47,223 nt of DNA from Bdellovibrionia bacterium (GTDB lineage Bacteria; Bdellovibrionota; UBA1018), in assembly GCA_044347055.1 (NCBI GenBank), contig JBIIXZ010000001.1:1-47223 (forward strand), given 5' to 3'. The notes beneath the pieces are model-generated. The model did no database searches. It worked only from the letters and a program-made list of their open reading frames with translations, and was not told the origin of the DNA. Within the stretch, counting starts at the first letter, position 1; every line of letters begins with the position of its first letter. Shown piece after piece: positions 1 to 7,918 of this stretch. The position numbers and the translations under genes are program-made.

Positions 1-3000
1 GAGTCGCTGGCAAGATCCGTGACCGCCGGTGGCCGCTGATCCACGCAAGCCGGGCTGGATGCGGAGTCATAGACGTAGCCGGTGCCGTAGCTCGGACTGC
101 TGGCGCACATGGTGTTGCCGTCAGCATAACAAACCCATGGCGTGACGGTGCTGTCCTCGACGCCCGAGCACGAAAAACTCTGGGTTCCGTAGTTCCACGA
201 GTACGTTCCGCCGGACTCGACTCGGCTGTTGCTGCTGAGCCACTCACTGTGAGGAACGCACGACGAGCCAGTATAATCATAACCTTCCTGGCATTGTGGC
301 GAGATCGTCACGCTGGTGCTGCTGCTGCAAACCGTCTCGCCGGCCATCATGTTCGGCGAGTAGGTCACGCAGGAGGTCACCCGGTAGCAGTACGATGAAC
401 CCACGCTAGGTGCGCCGCAGCCGTGAGTGACAGTTCCGTCGTCGGTGAACGACGAGCCGCTTGGGGAGAGTGCCGTGCCGTTGCCGTAGTTGGTTCCGAT
501 GCTGATGCCGGAACAGCCAGAGGCGCCGGATTCACTGGTGGCCACCTTGTTCCAGGAGCTGTCGCAGGAACCTGACATCGCGGTCGTGCGTTCCAGATAC
601 TGGACGAACCCTGTCGATGCGGACCAGCCGCTTGGAGTCCAGTTCAGAGACACACTCGAGGGACCAGAGCTAGCCGCGGTCAGACTGGTGGCAGGTGGGG
701 GCGCCGGCCAGTAACAGCCTTGTTCCTGGGTGTAGCTCTGTCCACTGTGACAGATGGATACGCAGCCGTAGGTGGGATGTTCACCCCATTGGTTACCGTT
801 GTGCCCATATTGCGTTCCTGTCTGTCCGTAGGCATAGCCCGGATCGCAGCACGCTCCGTTTCCGAAGCTGTCTGCAGACCACGTCTGTTGACCGGAGCAT
901 AGAGATACACAGGACTCGCTCTCGGTATTCCACGTCAAGCCTGGGCCACAGCAGGTGCCTGAGGCCGCGCAGTAGCTCGAATAGTCGACGTGGCAGACTC
1001 CATTATAGCTGTAAGCGAAGCCTTGAGTGGCGCAAGTATAAGCGGTGGAGTCGTTGTAGCAGCCGCCCTGATAACCATAGGGATATCCCTGAGACTGGCA
1101 GTAGGCGGTCGAGTCGAAGTAGCAAGTCCCACTATGATACCAGCCTCCGCTGGAACCACAATTTCCTGAGGTACACCCGCTCTGGTCCGATGCAGAGCAA
1201 AAGGTGCAGGAGCCATTACTCGTGTTCGCCGAGGCGTTATAGTTCGTCGCAGCGGGATCCATGCATCCCGTGACGATCTCAACGCAGCTGGATCCGTTCC
1301 AGAATCCGGCACCGACCGATGAGCAATTCAAGGAATCGCAGGCGCCGAGATTGGCGCTCGAGCAGACAGGGTAGATGCAGGAGCCGCTGCTGACCGTGGC
1401 AGACGGGTCGTAGTTCGAGGCGCCAGGATCCATGCAGCCGGAGACAGGAGGAACGCAAGTGGATCCGTTCCAGGTGTTTCCGGCCGAGGGGTCGCAGGTG
1501 ATGCAGCTCGATCCATTCCATCGATAGTGTGGATTTCCTTCATTGGTATAGGAGCAGTAGGAGTCGCTTCCCGAGGAAGAGCAGGACGATCCAGTCCAGA
1601 ACCCGCCAGCGCTGGCGCAGTTGCCAGAAACGTAGCAAAGATCCAAATGGGCGCTCGAACACGAGTAGGAGCACTGTCCATTACTTCGGGTTGCACCCGG
1701 ATTGTAATTATCCGCAGTCGAGTCAGTGCAGCCATCCACGTGATATTCGCAGCTGTCGCCATCCCAATAATTACCCGCGCCAGACTGACAGAGCGTGCAG
1801 CCGCTTCCGTTCCAGTAGTAGCTCGGGTTAGCGGCATTCGAGTAGGCACAGTACGAGTCGGTTCCAGTCGCCGTGCACGAGGTGCCATCGAAGTACCACC
1901 CCTTGGCGCTGCAAAGACTCTGGGTATCGTAATAGCAAAGGCCGTTGTAATACGTTCCGGATCCGCAGATCGACTCGCAGGCGAGTGTCGAGCTGCTCCA
2001 CGCGAATCCATCGCCGCAGACGGAAACGCAGGATTCGCCATTCCAGGTCGTTCCCGCGGTGCAGATCGATTCGCAGGAGTCGCCGTCCCAGCTGGTGCCT
2101 CCCGGACAGGTGCAGCTGTAGGCTGTGGAATCCCAACTGGATCCACCGCCGCAGGCCGCGAGGCAGGCGCCATCCGTCGGGCGCCAGTTGCCCCCGTTGC
2201 TGTTGCAGCTCGAGCTGTCGGTGCAGCCCGAGATATCCCCTCCCCACGAACAGGAAGTGATGACGAAACGATGATAGCCGGTTTCTGCGCCGATTTTGAA
2301 GAAGTAGTGGCTCTCGCCTCCGGCCGGTCCGCCGCTATAAAACACATTGGTGCTGGCGTGGACGTAGATGGAGAGCGAGCCAGAAGAAGTCGGCTCGGAG
2401 AAAAAGAGTGCAAACTCCGGGTTGGAGGTGGCGCCATTGTACTGAGTTTCGAAGGCCCTGCTAGAAGTGGTGCCCACCGTCCATGAGCGAGCAGTATCAC
2501 CCGCTGCCGACCCGTTCGGCGCGTAGAGAAGAACCGTGCTGCTCTGGGTGGCGTCGATCACGACACGAGCAGTCGCACCGCCGCTGCTGGTGATGGTGTA
2601 GATTCCTGTTGATCCGCTCGTCGGGGCCATCCAGAGGGCGTCGACTCCTGGTCCGAGCAGTCCTAAAGCAGCATTCGGCGTGACGCTTCCTGCGTTGACC
2701 GAAATGCCGGTGGTGCCGGAGACGTTTGCCATCCGGAAGGGGGTGGCTCCACCGGTGCGAATGACCGGGTGATCGAGCGAAATCGTTTCTGCGGCGGCCG
2801 AGACCGCAAACGTGAGCGCCTGCGCAGCGGTCACCTGGGCGCCCGGGGCTCCGCAGGTCTCCGAGGCCGTGATGGTCACCGTGCCGTCCGGAGCGTCGGA
2901 AGCAATGATCGCGCTCCACGCCTTTCTCGTCACCGCCATGGAGGAGGTCGGAATGGCGATTTCCTCGAAGGTGAGGCCCTCAGCGGCTGGAATGTTCAGC

Positions 3001-5300
3001 GTGCCCGGGGCGCATGTTTCCTGAGCAACCAGTTGGATCGCCGACCCGGGGTTGACCACGTCCGAGACGAGGTGTGCGACCGGTGTCGGCAGGCTGCCGT
3101 CTATTGTCATCGATAATGACTGAGACGTGGAATGGACGCCGTCCGAAACCGTGACGAGGAACTCGGCAGTTCCGGAGGTGATCGGCGCAGTCATTTCAGG
3201 AAAGCTCAGCAAATAGGTCGAAATTCCGCCGTAGACTCCGGAATTCATCGTCGGAAGGACCAGTGCGCTTTGAACCTCTGCGCTGCTGGCACTGAGCAAC
3301 GTGGTGGTGATGTTGAGCGTTGCAGGATTGAATGAGTCGTAAGCGCTGTTGTCTCCATTCGTCACGTTTGTCAGGGTTACCGTGGCGGGACTCCAGTAGG
3401 TGCGCGTCACTGGACTGATCGGATCGAGGGTGGGGGTGTCATTGACGGAGGTGATCGCAAGATTGACCCACGCTCCCGCGAGGCTATAGGCATTCAGGCT
3501 CGGTGAGAGTTCTGCTCCATCATAAGCGCGGACACTGAAGACGCCCAAGGTGCCAGAGGTGACGGGCGTGAATACGAGCCATTCTCCAGGAAAGAAGCGA
3601 GTGGTTCCGAACGAAACAGGAACAGCGCCAGGATTTTTGACGAATGAAGGGGCGATGCCGCCCTCACTGTTCAGAAGGAAGTGGCTAATCGTGCCGCCAT
3701 CACTATCGGTCAGCGTGGCCTTGCTCGCAATCTGCTCGAACGTGAGCGTGTAGGCTTCGCGTTCGGTTGCGGCAGGCGAGGTAATCGCGCTGATCGATAG
3801 GCCCGTGGGCGGGTCATTCACGGGACTGACGACCACGGTGACTGTTGCAGGAGAGGACCACTGTCCACCGCTGGCCACGCGATAGGTGAATGAATCGGCG
3901 CCGCTGAAATCGGTCGTGGGATGATAGGTGAAGCTGCAGTTGCTCAAGATCGAGAGCGAGCCATGCGAGGGTGAGGAGAAAAGGCTGCAAGTAACAGAAG
4001 TTCCATCGGCATCGCTTGCGGGCAAGTGGGGGCGGGTCGATCCGTCGCTCGAGTACGTCGTGTCCTCTGCGGTCGTGATGGTGATATTCGAAGCCAGGGG
4101 CAGATCGTTGACTGACAGGATGGTAATCGAAACCGTTCCCGACTCGGAATAGAGCGCCCCATCAAAGGCGCGATAGGTGAACGAGTCGCTGCCGCTGTAT
4201 TCGGAATCCGGCGTGTAGGTGAATGACCCGTTCGCGCCGATCGTCACCGAACCATGCGCCGACGGGGTGATGACCGAGAAGGTCAGGGAGTCACCATCGA
4301 TGTCGGTTGCGGCAAGATGGGGGCGGGTGGATCCGTTGCTGGCGTATGCGGTGTCCTCGCTCGTCGTGATGGAGGAATGGGCGACTTCGGGGGCGACGTT
4401 CACTGAAGAGACCGTGATCGTGATCGTGGCGGAGGGCGAGTGGGCCGTGCCGTCGAATGCGCGGTACGTGAGAGTGACTGTCCCGTTAAAATTTGCTTCC
4501 GGCGTGAACGTCAGCGAAGGTGCCGAGCCACTCAGTGATCCGATGGCAGGCGCGGTCAGGACCTCATAGGTCAGCGCATCGCCATCGACATCCGATGCAC
4601 TGAGCTGAATCGAGACCGGGGTTTCCTCCGGGGTCGAGAGGGCAAAACCAGCGACCACCGGCGGATCGTTTTCCGGAACAACGGTTACCTGAAGCATTCC
4701 TTGAATCACGGCTCCGGTCGCCGATATCAACCGGTACTGGATGAGCTGCTGTTCAAGCGTCGACGCATTCTGATCCGCAGGAGGAGTGTAGATCAAAAGG
4801 CCCTGTGAAGTGATGGCCACCGACCCTTCAATGGCGGGAGTGTCGACTTCGTAGCCCGTGACCGTGAACCCGCTGAGGGCCAGTGAGCTCAGATCGTAGG
4901 TCAGTGCTTGGTCCTCGGAGGTGGAGGGCGAGGCGATGGGCCGAACCTGGAATTCAAAGCTCTGGCTCGTGCTCTTGTAAATGGTTCCGTAGGTGATGGT
5001 CACTGTGGATGATCCCATCACTCCCGTTTCCGGAGTGAGCTCGATGGTTCCTCCGGTCAGCGAGTACGAGATCGAAATGTTCTCTGCCTTGAGGAGTTCG
5101 GGATTGGAACTGGTGACCTGGAAGCTCAGCTCCTGGTCGATGTCTCCCTGGAGCGCAAAGCTGAGTTCCTTCGACTCAGTGCCAGTCCAGACGTTCTGGG
5201 CGGCGATCGGGCTCATGACCGGAAGATCGCGACTTTTTTGATAGAGGATTTCTTCGAGTCCAGCGGCGGGCTTGGGCTTCATGCAGCCCGTAGCTGCCAT
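1..5300 (-). CDS. Giant cell-surface adhesin-like (lipo)protein; its 3' end is cut by the window edge (>1,760 codons)
   Basis: Absent from the ORF track because it has no stop inside the window. The minus frame with codon first bases at coordinates = 2 mod 3 is open from 5444 to 1, and no listed minus ORF lies in that frame. Hand translation gives: 4679-> VPENDPPVVAGFALSTPEETPVSIQLSASDVDGDALTYEV; 4319-> HLAATDIDGDSLTFSVITPS; 2279-> GYHRFVITSCSWGGDISGC; 1439-> GCMDPGASNYDPSATVSSGS; 659-> SSVSLNWTPSGWSASTGFVQ. The first ATG is at 5300. A signal-peptide-like RGLRLLPALGCALVLMAATGC spans it, so the true start is probably further upstream (see findings). Confidence 0.8.
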   Translation of the reverse strand, partial: MAATGCMKPKPAAGLEEILYQKSRDLPVMSPIAAQNVWTGTESKELSFALQGDIDQELSFQVTSSNPELLKAENISISYSLTGGTIELTPETGVMGSSTVTITYGTIYKSTSQSFEFQVRPIASPSTSEDQALTYDLSSLALSGFTVTGYEVDTPAIEGSVAITSQGLLIYTPPADQNASTLEQQLIQYRLISATGAVIQGMLQVTVVPENDPPVVAGFALSTPEETPVSIQLSASDVDGDALTYEVLTAPAIGSLSGSAPSLTFTPEANFNGTVTLTYRAFDGTAHSPSATITITVSSVNVAPEVAHSSITTSEDTAYASNGSTRPHLAATDIDGDSLTFSVITPSAHGSVTIGANGSFTYTPDSEYSGSDSFTYRAFDGALYSESGTVSITILSVNDLPLASNITITTAEDTTYSSDGSTRPHLPASDADGTSVTCSLFSSPSHGSLSILSNCSFTYHPTTDFSGADSFTYRVASGGQWSSPATVTVVVSPVNDPPTGLSISAITSPAATEREAYTLTFEQIASKATLTDSDGGTISHFLLNSEGGIAPSFVKNPGAVPVSFGTTRFFPGEWLVFTPVTSGTLGVFSVRAYDGAELSPSLNAYSLAGAWVNLAITSVNDTPTLDPISPVTRTYWSPATVTLTNVTNGDNSAYDSFNPATLNITTTLLSASSAEVQSALVLPTMNSGVYGGISTYLLSFPEMTAPITSGTAEFLVTVSDGVHSTSQSLSMTIDGSLPTPVAHLVSDVVNPGSAIQLVAQETCAPGTLNIPAAEGLTFEEIAIPTSSMAVTRKAWSAIIASDAPDGTVTITASETCGAPGAQVTAAQALTFAVSAAAETISLDHPVIRTGGATPFRMANVSGTTGISVNAGSVTPNAALGLLGPGVDALWMAPTSGSTGIYTITSSGGATARVVIDATQSSTVLLYAPNGSAAGDTARSWTVGTTSSRAFETQYNGATSNPEFALFFSEPTSSGSLSIYVHASTNVFYSGGPAGGESHYFFKIGAETGYHRFVITSCSWGGDISGCTDSSSCNSNGGNWRPTDGACLAACGGGSSWDSTAYSCTCPGGTSWDGDSCESICTAGTTWNGESCVSVCGDGFAWSSSTLACESICGSGTYYNGLCYYDTQSLCSAKGWYFDGTSCTATGTDSYCAYSNAANPSYYWNGSGCTLCQSGAGNYWDGDSCEYHVDGCTDSTADNYNPGATRSNGQCSYSCSSAHLDLCYVSGNCASAGGFWTGSSCSSSGSDSYCSYTNEGNPHYRWNGSSCITCDPSAGNTWNGSTCVPPVSGCMDPGASNYDPSATVSSGSCIYPVCSSANLGACDSLNCSSVGAGFWNGSSCVEIVTGCMDPAATNYNASANTSNGSCTFCSASDQSGCTSGNCGSSGGWYHSGTCYFDSTAYCQSQGYPYGYQGGCYNDSTAYTCATQGFAYSYNGVCHVDYSSYCAASGTCCGPGLTWNTESESCVSLCSGQQTWSADSFGNGACCDPGYAYGQTGTQYGHNGNQWGEHPTYGCVSICHSGQSYTQEQGCYWPAPPPATSLTAASSGPSSVSLNWTPSGWSASTGFVQYLERTTAMSGSCDSSWNKVATSESGASGCSGISIGTNYGNGTALSPSGSSFTDDGTVTHGCGAPSVGSSYCYRVTSCVTYSPNMMAGETVCSSSTSVTISPQCQEGYDYTGSSCVPHSEWLSSNSRVESGGTYSWNYGTQSFSCSGVEDSTVTPWVCYADGNTMCASSPSYGTGYVYDSASSPACVDQRPPAVTDLASD
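700..2260 (-). other. Cys-rich module region of the giant protein
   Basis: Short C..G..W(D/N)G.SC units were hand-translated at 2159-2041: AACGGGSSWDSTAYSCTCPGGTSWDGDSCESICTAGTTWN. There are also three copies of GC(T/M)D..A.NY(N/D)..A...(S/N)G.C, starting at 1733, 1439 and 1268. An FN3-like segment follows (SVSLNWTP...YCYRVTSC, ~330-700). Confidence 0.7.
3822..4679 (-). repeat. Three tandem ~95-aa Ig/cadherin-like ('tandem-95'/VCBS-type) protein repeats inside the giant gene
   Basis: Units are delimited by VPENDPP (4679), VNVAPE, VNDLP and VNDPP (3821). Each unit carries D-x-DG-D/T-x-(L/V)T and (F/L)TY(T/H)P...F.G.D.F.Y(R)..DG motifs. A fourth, more divergent ~125-aa unit follows (3447-3821, ending at VNDTP). 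Confidence 0.75.
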
Positions 5301-5535
5301 GAGGACGAGCGCGCACCCGAGTGCCGGCAGAAGCCGTAACCCGCGCGGTGCAGACGTACCGGTGACGCGTGTCCAGATGCTAAAAATAATGAGCCCTTCC
5401 TCTTCTCTAATGATCGGACAGAGGAGGGCTGGATTAAATTTGTGTCACTTCGGACACGCCCTGAGATCAGACAAAAAGGGCCAAATGAAGGGCACGTGGG
5501 GCCGGAGAGCCATTTTTCTGACGTGGCGAGCTGCC

Positions 5536-5556
5536 AAAAGGTACCGGATACCTTTT
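5536..5556 (-). terminator. Weak AT-rich hairpin 2 nt after the stop of the FNR-like gene
   Basis: The plus strand reads aaaaggta-ccgga-tacctttt, an 8-bp stem, flanked by A and T runs. It could act in either direction. No strong GC stem. Confidence 0.35.
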
Positions 5557-5557
5557 T

Positions 5558-6277
5558 TTACTTCGGAGCCTTGAAATACACCTCTTGGTGGATCGAGTCC
5601 TTGGTGACGCCGAGTCCGGTGAGGATCTGCTTCACCTCATCGATCATGGCGCCGCCGCCGCAGAGGTAGAAGTCGGTCTCGAGCCAGGGATAGTCCGAGC
5701 CGAGCGAGCGGAGGTAGTCGGTGACGCGTCCGCGGAAGCCCTTCCAGTCCCCCTTGGGGCGCGACACGCACGGTACCCAGCGCAGGTTCGACTGGGCCTG
5801 CATCTCGGTGTCGTACAGAACCTCGGCTTCTTCGCTGACGCCAAGAAGGCAGGTCGTGCTCAGGGGCGGATTTTTTTTGAAATGATCGGAAAGAATCATC
5901 GAACGAAATGGCGCGATGCCGGTGCCTGTGGCGATGAAGCAGACATGGCGTCCGGCCTTCGCCTCGTAGACGAAGTCGCCGTAAGGAGCCATGCCGCGGA
6001 AATGATTTCCTGGGCGAAGCTTGTAGAGAAAGTTCGTGCCCGGGCCGCCCTCGACGAGCTTCACGCAGAGCTCGACCGGCTGGCCTTCCGGCGAAGACGC
6101 GATGGAGTAGGCCCGACGAAGATCGCGGCCATGGGGGCCCGCTCCGGGGACGATGATGCTGATGAACTGTCCTGCCTCGAAAGCAAGAGCGGGCGAGGGA
6201 GTAAACTTGACCTCGAATACGGTCGGCGTCAGTTCACGAAAACTGGTCACTTCACAGATCACTTCTTGGGCTGGCAT
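5558..6277 (-). CDS. Ferredoxin-NADP(+) reductase-family FAD/NAD(P)-binding oxidoreductase
   Basis: 239-aa ORF. It has the RAYSIAS FAD-binding motif (RxYS), the GTGIAPF NAD(P)-binding motif and a C-terminal LCGGGAM motif. Confidence 0.8.
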   Translation of the reverse strand: MPAQEVICEVTSFRELTPTVFEVKFTPSPALAFEAGQFISIIVPGAGPHGRDLRRAYSIASSPEGQPVELCVKLVEGGPGTNFLYKLRPGNHFRGMAPYGDFVYEAKAGRHVCFIATGTGIAPFRSMILSDHFKKNPPLSTTCLLGVSEEAEVLYDTEMQAQSNLRWVPCVSRPKGDWKGFRGRVTDYLRSLGSDYPWLETDFYLCGGGAMIDEVKQILTGLGVTKDSIHQEVYFKAPK

Positions 6278-6304
6278 GACCCCAGCCGTACCGCAAAAGA
6301 GGCC

Positions 6305-7918
6305 TCAGCGCATCGTGAAATTCCTGGCCGCGCTGAACTCGCTCTTGGCCGTGGGCGAGATCGAACGCACGCGCCAGTAGTAGGTTCCCGGCTCACGCGG
6401 CAGGTAAGAAAAAAAGTTATCCGTCACGGATCGAGAGATTTCCATGTCGGCAAATGTCGGGTTTCTCGAGATCTGGACCATGTATTCCGACGTAAAGTTC
6501 GTATGGCTCCAGGTCAGGAGGATCGGCGTGCGCGGGGTCGTCACCGAGATTGCCGCACGATCCGCCGGACGGGCCAGGGCTGGCGGCAGGAAGCTGAGAC
6601 GAAACTTACCCATCGACGAGAGTGCCCGGAACCCGCTCTTCAGCCTTGCAGAAACCCGGAAGTAGAATGGCTCGGTAGTGAGCTCTCCTTTTTTCAGGAG
6701 CAGTCGTGGCTCGTTCGTCTCGCCCGAGAAGACGACCGCCTTGCCCCTCTCATCACGAAACACGCTCACCTCGTAGGACCGGGCATCCGGTACGGGGTTC
6801 CACGCCAGCAGAAAGCCCGGAAAGCTGGTGACGAGGTCTGCCGCAATCCTGTTGGTCAATCCTCGAGATCCAGGAGCCGTGGCATCCAGCAACGTGATGG
6901 CTTCAAAATCACTCGTGAGCTCGAACGAATGCGTGCCAAGCGGGGCGTTTGCATCCAAATCCTCAATCGACCATTCGAACGAACCCGGCTTTTCCAGGAA
7001 TACCGGAACGGCAACCTTTCCGGCCCGCGCAGCCACGGTTTCGTCCAGCAGTGCTCCGCCGAGCCAGGCGCCCGCCGTCTTGAGCTGAAGGCGGTACTTG
7101 CCATCGGGGCGGGACGTCTCGAACTCCAGGGCAATGCGGACTCGCCCGGTCGATGCATTTGCGGGAGGGGCCACTCGCGCCCCAGGGGCGGGAATGAGCG
7201 AGCTCAGTGTTGCGGGCAGGATCTTCGGCTTTGGGGGAGGAGGCGGCGGAGGAGGCGCCAGCTCCACGACCCTCGCGGCCGCCGGAACTTCGATTGCGGG
7301 CGGAAGCTTGGCTTCAATCACTTTTACGGGGACCGCATCGACCACCAACTCGACCTTCTTCGGAACGACCGGCTCCTCTCGAACGACCTGCTTCAGCGAC
7401 TCGGCGCCCAGGGTGGCCGTCTTGCCGGTCGTCGTTCGCACGAGGATCTTCCGTTCGGTGGCCTGACCGGTGACCGCACCGGTAACCAGCTCGACGTTGG
7501 CCTGGCGAGTGATGCCGCCGATCGAGAACTCCGTGTCGAAGGCAAGCTTCACCATGGTGTCGGAGGCCAGCTCGATCGTTCCCCCATCATCCAGTTTCAC
7601 CGCGGCGCTGACGCCGGGGTCGGTGACGACCGTATCCTGGTTGTGGAGGACTTCTCCCGGAGCGATCGGAAGGAATTCGGATTCGGTGGCGCCCTGACGC
7701 CGAACTTTGCCGGTCGCGGACGACAGCTGGCCCACGCGAACCCCGGCCGTGGTGGTTTGTTCGAAGTGGAGGACATACTTTCTGAGCACCGGAAAATCGG
7801 TGACGTACATGGTGACAGCCACCAGAAAAACAGGAATCGCGAGAAGCAGGAGCGCCCACTCCCAGGGCTTGAACCCCTGGCGCGCGGTGATCTGCGGAGT
7901 GGCCGCGAGGGTCTCCAT
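6305..7918 (-). CDS. Membrane-anchored FecR-domain protein with C-terminal FN3/Ig-like repeats
   Basis: There is one TM segment (WALLLLAIPVFLVAVTMYV). The FecR-like segment reads GKVRRQG...LPIAPGEVLHNQDTVVTDPGVSAAVKLDDGGTIELASDTMVKL. It also has a P8 run and two W-x-P...Y-x-V units. The ATG at 7918 overlaps the upstream TGA by 1 nt (TGATG); the track start at 7921 is a TTG one codon upstream. Confidence 0.65.
   Translation of the reverse strand: METLAATPQITARQGFKPWEWALLLLAIPVFLVAVTMYVTDFPVLRKYVLHFEQTTTAGVRVGQLSSATGKVRRQGATESEFLPIAPGEVLHNQDTVVTDPGVSAAVKLDDGGTIELASDTMVKLAFDTEFSIGGITRQANVELVTGAVTGQATERKILVRTTTGKTATLGAESLKQVVREEPVVPKKVELVVDAVPVKVIEAKLPPAIEVPAAARVVELAPPPPPPPPKPKILPATLSSLIPAPGARVAPPANASTGRVRIALEFETSRPDGKYRLQLKTAGAWLGGALLDETVAARAGKVAVPVFLEKPGSFEWSIEDLDANAPLGTHSFELTSDFEAITLLDATAPGSRGLTNRIAADLVTSFPGFLLAWNPVPDARSYEVSVFRDERGKAVVFSGETNEPRLLLKKGELTTEPFYFRVSARLKSGFRALSSMGKFRLSFLPPALARPADRAAISVTTPRTPILLTWSHTNFTSEYMVQISRNPTFADMEISRSVTDNFFSYLPREPGTYYWRVRSISPTAKSEFSAARNFTMR

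Noticed and set aside
1328-2500. 390-aa minus ORF and 319-aa plus ORF (1527..2486) inside the left 5 kb
   Set aside because: Both are in frames other than the uninterrupted adhesin frame. Their translations are Ala/Arg/Pro-rich nonsense, whereas the frame-2 translation gives structured repeats and Cys modules.
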